NCBI GenBank assembly: GCA_964559945.1
Contig: CAZLJY010000001.1
Coordinates: 24,081-88,080 of the forward strand
Reading direction: 5' to 3'
Length of the DNA stretch: 64,000 bases
DNA from: an uncultured Gammaproteobacteria bacterium
GTDB taxonomy: Bacteria > Pseudomonadota > Gammaproteobacteria > Xanthomonadales > SZUA-38
How positions within the stretch are numbered: the first letter of the stretch is position 1; each line of letters opens with the position of its first letter. The translations under genes were made by a program, and so were the position numbers. Of this stretch, positions 44,601 to 53,814 are shown in pieces. The notes under the pieces are model-generated. The model saw nothing but the letters and a program-made list of their open reading frames with translations, was not told where the DNA came from and searched no databases.

Positions 44601-45370
44601 CGTTTCCCGCCTTGGTGGACCAAGACGTCAGCGTTGGGGTTAGAGTGTTTGATGAGGCACAGGAGGCAGCGGATCATCACCGATTTGGGCTGCGCCGGCT
44701 GCTCACGCTTACCTTAGGCGATAAATTCAAATATTTGTCCCGCCACCTAGGGTTGGGTCCAGAGGACTACCTTCGGTATGCCAGCATCGGGTCAGCCAAA
44801 GAGCTACAGCGGGAGATGGTGTTTGCCGTGTCCATGACGTTGGTGGATAGCGCCAAGCCGCCGCCGCGCTCGCAGTCAGAGTTTGACACCCTTGTGTCGG
44901 CCGGCCGGTCCCAAGTGATCGAGGTGGGTAATCAATTGTCGGCCTTAATGCGCGACACCTTGGCGCGGTATCACGATATTCGCCAACAGCTTAACGATGA
45001 ACTGGAGAAAATTGCTCCCAGTGCTGTTGCCGATATCACCGAGCAGCTGGAATACCTGATCTACCCGGGTTTTCTGACTGAGGTGAGTCCCGATTGCTTG
45101 TCCCACTATCCTCGGTATCTTAACGGCGTGCAGCTGCGCATAGAACGGTTGCTCAAAGACCCGATGAAAGACCGCAAACATGCCGCGCAAATCAGCGGTT
45201 TCTGGCGGGACTACATCAATCGCTGTCAGGCTGATGATAGTTACCCGGCGTCACTGGATGCTTTTCATTGGTTGTTAGAAGAGTATCGAATTTCACTATT
45301 TTCCCAGCCGTTAAAAACCGCTCAGCCGGTCTCCGCCAAGCGTCTGAAAACTGCCTGGGGCCAAATTTGA
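41633..45370 (+). CDS. hrpA: ATP-dependent RNA helicase HrpA (DEAH-box)
   Basis: The gene has a GTG start. Helicase motifs are present (GETGSGKTTQLPK, DEAHERS, TSATID, TNVAETSLT, QRAGRCGR), and the protein is 1245 aa. Confidence 0.95.
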   Translation: MTDPASRQLNISFDPDLPISAHIKEICAHLKNHQVLVVAGETGSGKTTQLPKACLLAGRGKSGWIGCTQPRRIAARSIASRLAEELAVPVGDAVGYQVRFDQRVSKDSLIKVMTDGILLSETERDRHLKAYDTLIIDEAHERSLNIDFLLGYLKRLLPKRPDLRIIITSATIDTARFSAHFDDAPVIEVSGRTYPVEMRYQPLMDDSGDTQDLASGIVDAVTELSRVDHRGDVLVFLSGERDIREAADALAKAQLKGTEILPLYARLSRAEQQRIFKPGPARRIVLSTNVAETSLTVPRIKFVVDTGLARISRYSQRSKVQRLPIEPISQASANQRAGRCGRLGPGVCIRLYSQDDFDSRDRYTQPEILRTNLAAVILQMEMLRLGKVDQYPFLDPPSSAFIRDGYHLLKELNAINDRDQLTALGRKMGRWPLDVRLAALVLAGKKFGCFDQAIVLAAFLSLPDPRERPLDAQQAADQQQQRWQDPESDFAGVLRLWNEWLEVRAGNTQRKQRSWAKQHFLSYLRLREWHDLTRQLAEVGKAKPPGSCEWVGEAEEAQSKPKSGSKSSAKTSPGEPIHRAIVSAFLGHVGVKDEKGYQGARDRRYDIFPGSGLFKRGPRWMVSAFLVETTRLYARLNGAVDPAWIEQAGAHLVKRRYFDPYWSARQGRVLGFEQVTLYGLILVGKRRVHFGPHDEAQAHQIFLLEALARGALKTRASFAQHNHRLLERIDTIEQRMRRRDLRVSDEVLAGEFGARVPSSVYTTKAFEVWRKGAEESDPDLLKLNESDVLTCETAPDISQWPNQLTLGGAQFELQYHFEPGAVNDGVTLLLPLALVNLPDPRALQWLVPGYLLEKVVALIKSLPKVHRRHVVPAPDFARQFVARVDPSSKQRSLTDALAKFLTQATGHRLSADQFDQAAVEDWLTMNVRLMDEDRVVEEGRDLQGIKDRWETRGRERFLRLSDRQLRHDGAQSWDFGELPMTTELPGNITAFPALVDQDVSVGVRVFDEAQEAADHHRFGLRRLLTLTLGDKFKYLSRHLGLGPEDYLRYASIGSAKELQREMVFAVSMTLVDSAKPPPRSQSEFDTLVSAGRSQVIEVGNQLSALMRDTLARYHDIRQQLNDELEKIAPSAVADITEQLEYLIYPGFLTEVSPDCLSHYPRYLNGVQLRIERLLKDPMKDRKHAAQISGFWRDYINRCQADDSYPASLDAFHWLLEEYRISLFSQPLKTAQPVSAKRLKTAWGQI

Positions 45371-45399
45371 ACCAGGGTTATTCAGGGTTTGACTAGGCA

Positions 45400-46713
45400 A
45401 TGAAATCCACCGCACCCAATCATCGGCAGGTGTTAAATCTGGCGTTGCCGATGATCGCCTCCAATCTGTCGATCCCGCTGTTGGGAATGGTGGACACCGC
45501 TGTAGTGGGTCATTTGCCCGAGGCCCATCATCTGGGCGCGGTGGCGGTGGGGGCGCTGATCTTCAGTTTTGTGTTTTGGGGTTTTGGCTTTTTGCGTATG
45601 GGTACCACGGGTTTTGTTGCCCAAGCCTTTGGCGCCAACGATCAGCGCCGAGTGGCGGTATTGCTGGCTCAGGCATTGGCACTGGCTCTGATTTTGGCGC
45701 TACTGGTTATCCTGACGCAAAAACTCGTGCTGGGCGTGGCCTTGGGCTGGATTGCGCCGCCGCCTGCGGTGGAGTCGGAGGTCCGAGTGTATTTCGCCAT
45801 CCGCATCTGGGCGGCGCCGGCGACGCTTTTAACCTATGGGCTGGTTGGGTGGTTCTTGGGGTGCCAGGACGCGCGATCGCCATTGCTGGTGATGTTAACG
45901 GCGAATTTGGTCAACGTGGTTTTGGATCTGTGGTTTGTTGTGATCCTGGAATGGGGGGTAGCCGGTGTCGCTTGGGCATCGGTGATCGGTGAGTACTTGG
46001 CGGTGTTGTTGGGCTTGACCTTAGTGATGGGCAAAGGCGCGCTGCATCGGGCTTTTCGTCATCGGGCGGATATTTTTCGTTCGGCGGATTTACTGGCGCT
46101 GTTAAAGGTCAATCGGGACATCATGCTGCGCACGGTGTGTCTGATCGTGGCGTTTGCGTTTTTCACCCGCCAGGGCGCCAGTCAAGGTGAGGTTATTCTG
46201 GCCGCCAACGCCATATTGCTGAATTTACAAAGCTTTATGGCCTATGGGCTGGACGGCTTTGCCCATGCTGCGGAGGCTTTGGTCGGTCGAGCCATTGGCG
46301 CGGCGAACAAGGCCCACATTGCCGCAGCCATCCGAATCAGCGGTTGGTGGTCCTTATGGTTTGCTGGTGCGATGGCTGTCATCTACCTGATTGGCGGTGA
46401 CAGCATTGTGGGTCTAATGACCGACATACCCGCGGTTCGGCAAGCGGTATCGACCTTTCTTCCCTGGATGGTGATATCGCCGCTGTTATCGGTCTGGAGT
46501 TTTTGGCTCGATGGCGTGTTTATCGGCGCAACCCGCGGTCGCGACATGCGCAATACCATGTTGTTATCAACCTTCGCCGTGTTCCTACCGGCCTGGTGGC
46601 TGCTGCAGGGTTGGGGTAACCATGGGTTATGGGCCGCGTTTATGGCGTTTTTTGTGGCCCGAGGGCTGTTACTTGGGCGCTTAACGCCCCGGATTGTTGC
46701 TCTAGGGCGCTAA
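45400..46713 (+). CDS. dinF: MATE-family efflux transporter (DinF-like)
   Basis: The protein is a 12-TM-type hydrophobic protein. Its N-terminus LNLALPMIASNLSIPLLGMVDTAVVGHL is typical of the DinF/NorM family. Confidence 0.8.
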   Translation: MKSTAPNHRQVLNLALPMIASNLSIPLLGMVDTAVVGHLPEAHHLGAVAVGALIFSFVFWGFGFLRMGTTGFVAQAFGANDQRRVAVLLAQALALALILALLVILTQKLVLGVALGWIAPPPAVESEVRVYFAIRIWAAPATLLTYGLVGWFLGCQDARSPLLVMLTANLVNVVLDLWFVVILEWGVAGVAWASVIGEYLAVLLGLTLVMGKGALHRAFRHRADIFRSADLLALLKVNRDIMLRTVCLIVAFAFFTRQGASQGEVILAANAILLNLQSFMAYGLDGFAHAAEALVGRAIGAANKAHIAAAIRISGWWSLWFAGAMAVIYLIGGDSIVGLMTDIPAVRQAVSTFLPWMVISPLLSVWSFWLDGVFIGATRGRDMRNTMLLSTFAVFLPAWWLLQGWGNHGLWAAFMAFFVARGLLLGRLTPRIVALGR

Positions 46714-46759
46714 CCGGTGGCGCCCGCCTAGAGACCACTTTGGCAGAATTTTCATCCGC

Positions 46760-47287
46760 CTATTTAATGCGTTTCACCTTCACCGACCGGCCCACACCTT
46801 CAACATAAAGCTTCCAAGAACCCAGAGACTTAGGTTCGATAGTGACCTTAGGGCTGTTGGAACGGGCGCGCACACTGCCTGAACCCACTTGTTGCCAGAT
46901 CATGCCGTTGTCTAGCTTGAACCGTGTTTTGCCCGACCAGCCGGAAAAATCGCCGTCGATGCGAGCCTCAATGGTGCTGCGACTGGCTTCCTTGGGCCGC
47001 AGGCCTCTTTGGTCTACCGTTTGTTGGGTCGCCGCTACTGGCGCTGCGGCGGCGGGTGCGGCGCTGGCAGGTGTGGAGGTGTTTTGGGGGTTGCCTAGCG
47101 CTTGATCGTCTTTCAGCCATTGATTGAGATACTCGAGCTCCGCCGGTGTGAGTTTTTCCAGGCCAGAGCGGCGAAATTCCTCGCCTGACATTTGCTCTTC
47201 AATGGACGACTGGGCCAGCGTTGGCGCAGTGGCGCTGAGGGTTGAAATTGCCACACAGAGCAACAATACGGGGGAGAGTCGAAGCAT
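46760..47287 (-). CDS. secreted hypothetical protein with an Ala/Pro-rich linker
   Basis: A signal peptide is present (LLLCVAISTLSATAPTLAQS). A low-complexity linker (TSTPASAAPAAAAPVAATQQ) is followed by a small C-terminal beta-rich domain. No family was recognised. Confidence 0.5.
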   Translation of the reverse strand: MLRLSPVLLLCVAISTLSATAPTLAQSSIEEQMSGEEFRRSGLEKLTPAELEYLNQWLKDDQALGNPQNTSTPASAAPAAAAPVAATQQTVDQRGLRPKEASRSTIEARIDGDFSGWSGKTRFKLDNGMIWQQVGSGSVRARSNSPKVTIEPKSLGSWKLYVEGVGRSVKVKRIK

Positions 47288-47675
47288 ATCGGGTTTCCGG
47301 TCCTAAATAACGGCTTGAGTCAGGAGCATTCTGAGTGACAACTGGGGCGGTTTGCAACGAAGATTTGGAACGTAAATTTAACGCCCCTCTAATGTTTGTC
47401 TGGTAGCCTGTCCCAAATTTCAGACAGGCGTACAGTGGTTTTGCCGTGGTGTTTGCTAAACTACTTTAAGTTGTGAAGCCAAATTACCAATATTGAAGCG
47501 GCTTACGCCCAGGTCCTTTGATGAGAGTTGAGCTGTGCCACTGTCGTTGGGAAGCGAACGATAGGCTCGTCAAGCCGGCGTTTTGCTAGAGAAAAACGCA
47601 GCGCCATGGGCGCGATGAAGGGCTTGAACATTTAACCGTACCGATGCGCCGCTGGGGCGCGTCCGAGAGCACGCT

Positions 47676-50435
47676 ATGAGTTTACCTACACCTTCGGCCA
47701 GAAATAGACGATCCGATTCGGCAACCGCAGTTGCTGCCTCCGTCGTGTTGGCTGCCAGTTTTCTTTTTACGGATGCTTCGCACGCCGAATCTGAAGCGTC
47801 GCTGCGCTTAGCGCGCAACGACGCTGGCAGTATTATTCAGGCCATTGCCCTGAGCAGCTGGCGTTTCGACGCAAAATCCGGTGAGCTCACAGTCACCTCT
47901 AAAGGGGGGGCGCGATATTGTGGCATCAGCTCAGCGAAGAAAACCGCGCAGACCTTAATTCTGGATGGCACGCGGTACCCCATCGAGCGATTTCAGGTTG
48001 ATGGTAAAACACAAAAACTCTTATCAGTGGTTCCCGTCATCGCTGGCGACCTATTTCCGCTGTGTACAGTTCCCACTAGCCAATCCCTGGTCAGCACAAC
48101 CGTTGCTAAGGGTGCCTCAACCGGCCTAAACATAGAATTGGATGTTCTGGGCAGGCCGCCTGTGGATCTTGGCATCACCGATACCATTGGTTACAGCGTG
48201 TTTTCCGCACCGGCAACGATTTCTCTGAGCTTAGATGAGGATGTGTTGTGTCTGTCGGACGCAACCCAAGCAGGATTGCGCTTAGCGGTCACCGATACCA
48301 ATCAAATCACCACCGCCTATCAAGGTTTCGAATCGCTGGACTACCAGCCCTTCGGCGGCAGCGGGTCTATCAGACCGACCCTGCGGGCGGAAACGGACGG
48401 AAATCCTGTGTGTCTTGCCTTGCCCGAGGTGGCTGAAGTGGTAACGACGGATAGCCTCGCCGGTGTGTGCTCACCCCTCGACACATTCTTCCGCGACGGC
48501 TTTGAAACAGCCGGTGGTGGGGCCGGCAACGCTGGAGGTACTGACCTTGAGATTGATTTTCAACTAGTCAGCAATCCCAACACCACCACCAACCAGGGGG
48601 CTGAATACAACCTGGTGGTCACCAACTGCGGAGACAATGCGGCTAGCGCTGTTGCGGTTAGGGATCTTTACCCCACCGGTGCGTCCTCTGGCAAGCCGAC
48701 GCGGCTGGCTGCCGGCAGTTGGAGTTGCGCCTCTGGTGCTACCTGTGCCGGTGGGTCCGGTTACGTTGATGTGGTCTTAGGCGCTCTTGATCCGGGCGCT
48801 ATGGCGGTCATTAACGTGGTGCGGCCACTAGAAGCCGGCACCGCAGGCCAAGACATACTGGTATCAGCATCCGTCGCTGATCTTAGCGACAACGGGGAAA
48901 CCGACCCTAACGATAACGTTGCCTCCTGGCAGTTTGATGTTCGTGACAACGAGCTACCCGAAATTGTTAGCAGCGGCAGTTGCACTATCGACGAAGATTC
49001 TGGTGTATCGGATCTGGCCAACGGCGAATGTAACGGCGGCGCTGGGTTCACAATTACTGGCACCGACGCTGATGGAACCATTGCCTCGGTCACAGCAACT
49101 TCTCTCAATCCAACACTGCTGACGGTTTCCGGCACACCTACCTTATCGGGCGCTGGCACGGCCTCGGTGAGTGTAACTGGCCTTGAAATTTCGCCGGTCG
49201 CCGATAGCAATGGTACGGGGACGATTCAACTTGCGCTGATTGATGATCTTGGCGGCCAGTCGACGGTCGACCTAAACGTTACCGTTGACCCGGTCAATGA
49301 TGCGCCGAGCATCACCATCTTGGGTGGGTTTGATTATAACGGCGGCAACCCAGTATTTAACGGACCAAACTGCGACGAAACCTCAACTCAGGGTTGCGCC
49401 AGCCAACTGTATCCTGCCGATGTGCCGGCTGAATTTGAGGCAATCTTCGCTGATTGGGTGGTGTCAGTGAATCCAGGCCCCGCAGACGAAGCGGGCCAGG
49501 CCGTTAGCGTTAGCATCGGTGCGCCATCCGACCCTGGTCTGTTCTTCGGTACGTCGGGTCAGCCGGATTTACGGGAAAATGAACTGGCTGGCACATGGGA
49601 CCTGGATTACGTCCTTAGCGGCAACAGCGGCAGCTCAACGATCACCATTACGGTAGATGACGGTGAAGCAATCAATAACACCTCGGTCTTCACCTTTGAG
49701 ATTTCGGTCGACAACTCAGCGCCTGTTGTGTCAGTGACCGGGGCGCCTGACAACCTGGCGGAGGAAGCCGCTGCCGAGCCCCTAACAGGTGCTGGCTTTA
49801 CCGTAGCTGCCACCGATCCTGAAGGTGACGCGGTGACCATTGCGGTGACCTCCTCAGATCAAACCCTCATTGCTGACGGAGACATTACCGTCGACGACTC
49901 TGACTTAAATAACATTGTGATCTCGGTGACCACCGCCCCCGATGCATTTGGAATGGTAGACCTGTCGGTGGTGGCGTCGGACGGTATACCTTCTGCGCCG
50001 GGGGTAATCACGGTTACCGTGGACAACGTCAACGATGCGCCATCAGTGATATTCGCTGATCAGGCAAGCATAGAAGCTGATGACAACGTCATTAGTTTTG
50101 TGCCAGGAACCGCCACCTTGACGTTGGATTCAACCAATATGGGTTTTGAGAGCATCGATGCGATGGTTTTGGTCAGCGGTGATATGGCTCTGGGGCCGTT
50201 TGAAGGAGCGATTCAATCGGTAGCGAGCATTTCAACCACAGTCACTAGCGATCCTGACGGGATCTTTGCCGTTGCTCCGGAAGTGGATGACGATGGCGCC
50301 GACGCAGGCAATTTAGACTTTGCCGTGTCCGGCAATATCGGCACCGCAACCATTGACATCGTTTTGATGGACGATGGTGGCGGCACAGACACATCTACCG
50401 CGGTCACATTGACTATCATCACCGCGACGCCCTAA
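47676..50435 (+). CDS. large secreted adhesin-like protein (DUF11-like plus cadherin/Ig-like tandem modules)
   Basis: A signal peptide is present (AVAASVVLAASFLFTDASHA). There is a DUF11-like block (EYNLVVTNCGDNAASAVAVRDLYP). Module ends recur (VTVDPVNDAPSITI, ISVDNSAPVVSV, VTVDNVNDAPSVIF), and the composition is rich in D, T, G, S and V. Confidence 0.65.
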   Translation: MSLPTPSARNRRSDSATAVAASVVLAASFLFTDASHAESEASLRLARNDAGSIIQAIALSSWRFDAKSGELTVTSKGGARYCGISSAKKTAQTLILDGTRYPIERFQVDGKTQKLLSVVPVIAGDLFPLCTVPTSQSLVSTTVAKGASTGLNIELDVLGRPPVDLGITDTIGYSVFSAPATISLSLDEDVLCLSDATQAGLRLAVTDTNQITTAYQGFESLDYQPFGGSGSIRPTLRAETDGNPVCLALPEVAEVVTTDSLAGVCSPLDTFFRDGFETAGGGAGNAGGTDLEIDFQLVSNPNTTTNQGAEYNLVVTNCGDNAASAVAVRDLYPTGASSGKPTRLAAGSWSCASGATCAGGSGYVDVVLGALDPGAMAVINVVRPLEAGTAGQDILVSASVADLSDNGETDPNDNVASWQFDVRDNELPEIVSSGSCTIDEDSGVSDLANGECNGGAGFTITGTDADGTIASVTATSLNPTLLTVSGTPTLSGAGTASVSVTGLEISPVADSNGTGTIQLALIDDLGGQSTVDLNVTVDPVNDAPSITILGGFDYNGGNPVFNGPNCDETSTQGCASQLYPADVPAEFEAIFADWVVSVNPGPADEAGQAVSVSIGAPSDPGLFFGTSGQPDLRENELAGTWDLDYVLSGNSGSSTITITVDDGEAINNTSVFTFEISVDNSAPVVSVTGAPDNLAEEAAAEPLTGAGFTVAATDPEGDAVTIAVTSSDQTLIADGDITVDDSDLNNIVISVTTAPDAFGMVDLSVVASDGIPSAPGVITVTVDNVNDAPSVIFADQASIEADDNVISFVPGTATLTLDSTNMGFESIDAMVLVSGDMALGPFEGAIQSVASISTTVTSDPDGIFAVAPEVDDDGADAGNLDFAVSGNIGTATIDIVLMDDGGGTDTSTAVTLTIITATP

Positions 50436-50454
50436 ATTTCAGCTAACCTCAGAG

Positions 50455-50507
50455 GGGTTCGCTACCATTAAGTTGTCACCATGGTAGCGAACCCTTTGTT
50501 CGTTTTA
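50455..50507 (+). terminator. rho-independent terminator after the adhesin-like gene
   Basis: A 14-bp stem (gggttcgctaccat at 50455-50468 pairing with atggtagcgaaccc at 50481-50494) encloses a 12-nt loop and is followed by the T-rich tail tttgttcgtttta. Confidence 0.8.
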
Positions 50508-50637
50508 TGTTGGTTTTTCGTTCCAACTTTTTAACGCCAATGTCGCAATAAAAATCTTCCCGCTGACACCCTGATGGGTCGTCAGCCGTAAAACCGGTTC
50601 CAACCCCAAACCTGCAGCCGGTACAATAGCCATCCTT

Positions 50638-52731
50638 ATGCAACGCCAGAAACCCCAGCACGCCAATCTTCAGAACTGGTGGGACTACTATCAACAGGCC
50701 CACGTGAGTCACGAACTTGCAGAGCTAGCGGTCACCATCGAGCCAATTCTGGATGACCCGCAGGCCCAGATCGAACTGCTCCCGGCCTTGCTTATTATGT
50801 CTGAGTTGGAAGCCGACCCCCATTGCCTGGCGGTTTATTGCGATTATTTTAACCATCAGGAAACTGGCAGTCAGCCGCAGCTGGAACTCACCGATCAGAT
50901 ATTGCAGATCGACAGTCTGGAGGCAGCATTTGATCCAACCGCCGGTGCTGATGAGGGGCTGCGTCGGCTGCTGATGGCAATCGTCAGAGACGTCAGGGTG
51001 GTCCTTGTTGTGTTAGTGCAGCGACTGGTCAGGCTGAGACAGCTGACCGATGCGCCTGCTGACCTGCGCCGCAGTGCTGCTCTGGTGGTCAAGGCCATTC
51101 ATGCCCCATTGGCCAATCGGCTGGGAATTTGGCAGCTCAAGTGGGAATTGGAAGATTTGGTTTTCCGCTTTCTTGAACCCGAGCTATACCGGCGGATCGC
51201 TGGTTTGTTGGCTGAGCGGCGAATGGACCGAGAGCGGTATATCGGGCGTTTTATCAACCAGATTAATACGGCATTGACTGAGGCTGGCATCGAGGCAGAG
51301 GTGGTCGGCAGGCCCAAACATATTTTTAGTATCTGGAAAAAAATGCAGCGCAAAGGTTTGGCCTTTAGCGAACTGTACGATGTGCGAGCAGTTCGGGTTC
51401 TGGTGGATGATCTCGCTCAGTGTTATTCGTCCCTGGGTATCGTGCATTCGCTATGGCGCCCAGTGCCTGGCGAATTCGACGACTATATTGCTAATCCCAA
51501 AGGCAACAATTACCAGTCTCTGCATACGGCGGTATTTGGACCGGATGGCAAAACCGTCGAAATTCAGATTCGCACCCAGGCCATGCATGAGCATGCAGAA
51601 CTAGGAGTGGCTGCTCACTGGCGATACAAAGAGGGCGGCGATCACGACCCGGGTTACCAACGCAAACTCAACTGGATGCGGCAACTGCTGGACGGGGGAG
51701 ATGAGGCAGGGGTGCTGGATGAGTTCATCAACGAGAGCAATGATGACCGGGTGTATGTGCTCACCCCCAAAGGCAAGGTGTTGGATCTTCAACAGGGCAG
51801 CACGGTGCTGGACTTTGCTTATCAGGTCCACACCTCAGTGGGCAATCGTTGCCGTGGTGCGAAGGTCAACGGGCGTATTGTGCCTTTGACCTATCCACTG
51901 AAAAACGGCGAGCAGGTCGAAATTCTCACCAGCAAACAAGAAGATCCTAGTCGAGATTGGTTGGTGCCTCGGTTAGGTTACCTGGTCAGTGCTCGCTCAA
52001 GAGCCAAGGTTCGACAATGGTTTCGCGCCAAAGATCGTGATCGCAATCTGGTTGAAGGCAAAGAGATTCTGGACAAGGAGCTCAAGCGCCTAGCGGTTCC
52101 CGCAAAAGACCTTGAGCCCTTGGTGTCGCGATTTAATTTTAAAGATCTGGAAGGCCTTTATGTGGCGGTGGCTATCGGTGAGGTGACGGTAGGTCAGGTG
52201 GCCGCAGCACTGGATGACCTTAGCCGCAGCGATGAGGAAACGCTGCCGTTGGTGCGTTCGCCCCAGGCGCAACCAAGGCCCGATGACGACCTAGTGATTG
52301 AAGGCGTGGGGCAGCTGTTAACCGTTATTGCGCGCTGCTGCAGTCCGCTGCCTGGTGACCCGATTATTGGTTTCGTGACGAAAGCCCGAGGTGTCAGCAT
52401 ACATCGACGGGATTGCAAGAATGTGGACCGGTTAGTGAGCTCGGATCCAGCCAGGATGCTGGAGGTTGCCTGGGGCGGCGATCCAAAGGGTAAGTACCAG
52501 GCTGAGGTTCAGGTGCTGGCCTACGACCGCAAAGATCTGCTGCGAGATATTGGGCAGCTTACGTCCACTCTTCGCAGTGAAATGCTGAATTTCAATTCCC
52601 AGTTAGATTCAGCGCGGGGTGAAGTTGATATCCGAATGGTGGTCAGAGTCACCGATTTTGAGCATCTCAATGACTTGCTGGTTCGATTGGTCACCATACC
52701 CAATGTCTATAGTGCGGTGCGGGTGGGTTAA
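50638..52731 (+). CDS. relA: GTP pyrophosphokinase RelA ((p)ppGpp synthetase I)
   Basis: Synthetase-domain blocks are present (RPKHIFSIWKKMQRKG, YDVRAVRVLV, DYIANPKGNNYQSLHT, EIQIRTQAMH), along with the TGS (VYVLTPKGKVLDL) and ACT regions. No intact HD hydrolase motif was noticed. Confidence 0.9.
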   Translation: MQRQKPQHANLQNWWDYYQQAHVSHELAELAVTIEPILDDPQAQIELLPALLIMSELEADPHCLAVYCDYFNHQETGSQPQLELTDQILQIDSLEAAFDPTAGADEGLRRLLMAIVRDVRVVLVVLVQRLVRLRQLTDAPADLRRSAALVVKAIHAPLANRLGIWQLKWELEDLVFRFLEPELYRRIAGLLAERRMDRERYIGRFINQINTALTEAGIEAEVVGRPKHIFSIWKKMQRKGLAFSELYDVRAVRVLVDDLAQCYSSLGIVHSLWRPVPGEFDDYIANPKGNNYQSLHTAVFGPDGKTVEIQIRTQAMHEHAELGVAAHWRYKEGGDHDPGYQRKLNWMRQLLDGGDEAGVLDEFINESNDDRVYVLTPKGKVLDLQQGSTVLDFAYQVHTSVGNRCRGAKVNGRIVPLTYPLKNGEQVEILTSKQEDPSRDWLVPRLGYLVSARSRAKVRQWFRAKDRDRNLVEGKEILDKELKRLAVPAKDLEPLVSRFNFKDLEGLYVAVAIGEVTVGQVAAALDDLSRSDEETLPLVRSPQAQPRPDDDLVIEGVGQLLTVIARCCSPLPGDPIIGFVTKARGVSIHRRDCKNVDRLVSSDPARMLEVAWGGDPKGKYQAEVQVLAYDRKDLLRDIGQLTSTLRSEMLNFNSQLDSARGEVDIRMVVRVTDFEHLNDLLVRLVTIPNVYSAVRVG

Positions 52732-52813
52732 TGGGTAACGGTGTGGACCCCCAAACAGTGATCCGTGGTTTTACCCGTTTGATGATTCGCTAATCGGTAA
52801 CCAAGGAAAGTCT

Positions 52814-53701
52814 ATGACGATCTTAAATTTCGGCTCAATTAATGTTGATCATGTGTATCGATTGCCGACTATCGTTAAGCCCGGTCAAACCCTCGCAAGT
52901 GAGGGCTTAACGATAGGCCTGGGCGGTAAGGGGGCGAATCAATCCGTCGCCATTGCTGCCGCTGGTGGAGAGGTAAAGCATTTCGGCCGGTTAGGGAAAG
53001 ATTGTCGATGGGCCGAACAACAACTGGCGCAACGGGGGGTGGATACCGAGCACATCGCCTTGGTGGATGAGCCCAGTGGTCATGCCATTATTCAGCTGGA
53101 CTGCAATGGCGAAAACGCCATTGTGGTTCACGGAGGGGCCAATCTATCTTTTGCTCGTTCATCGCTAGCGGCGGTGCTGAACAGTTCGGATCAGTGGTCC
53201 CATTTATTGATGCAAAACGAGTGCAACTTAATGGCCGACGCCATCGAGCTGGCCCATGGGAAAAGCTTGCCAGTGATCCTGAATCCGGCGCCAATGTCTG
53301 ACACTGCCATAGCGGCGCCGCTGCATAGGGTCAACACGCTGGTGGTCAACGAAACTGAGGCCAATAAGTTATCTGGCCAGAGTAGTCCGCAGGCGGCGCT
53401 GGATTTTCTTCATAAAACCTACCCACAGATTCGGCTAGTAATGACCTTGGGTGGTGCTGGCGCAATGTTGGTTCATGGCGATGAGCGGCTGATCATTGAA
53501 GCCACAAAGGTCGATGTGGTGGACACAACGGCTGCGGGTGATACGTTTGTAGGGTATTTCGTGGCGGGGCTTGCTGCGGGTATTAGCAACGCAGAAAACT
53601 TAGCCCGTGCGGTGGTGGCGGGCACGTTGGCGGTGACCCAGGCGGGTGCTGTGGCTTCTATCCCTGCTGCTGACGCGGTAGCCCAGGCTATGGGTGATTG
53701 A
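52814..53701 (+). CDS. rbsK: ribokinase (PfkB family)
   Basis: The blocks GSINVDHVY, GGKGANQSVA and DTTAAGDTFVGYF (the PfkB signature) are present, and the protein is 295 aa. Confidence 0.85.
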   Translation: MTILNFGSINVDHVYRLPTIVKPGQTLASEGLTIGLGGKGANQSVAIAAAGGEVKHFGRLGKDCRWAEQQLAQRGVDTEHIALVDEPSGHAIIQLDCNGENAIVVHGGANLSFARSSLAAVLNSSDQWSHLLMQNECNLMADAIELAHGKSLPVILNPAPMSDTAIAAPLHRVNTLVVNETEANKLSGQSSPQAALDFLHKTYPQIRLVMTLGGAGAMLVHGDERLIIEATKVDVVDTTAAGDTFVGYFVAGLAAGISNAENLARAVVAGTLAVTQAGAVASIPAADAVAQAMGD

Positions 53702-53814
53702 CAAAGATTCACGGTAAAATGGCCCTTTGAACCGGTTTTTGCCGTAAAATCGGTGTCTCTTTTTAGCTGTTGCAGGCTAATCGTCGGCGCCAGGGGGCCC
53801 GCAAAGCACTGACT

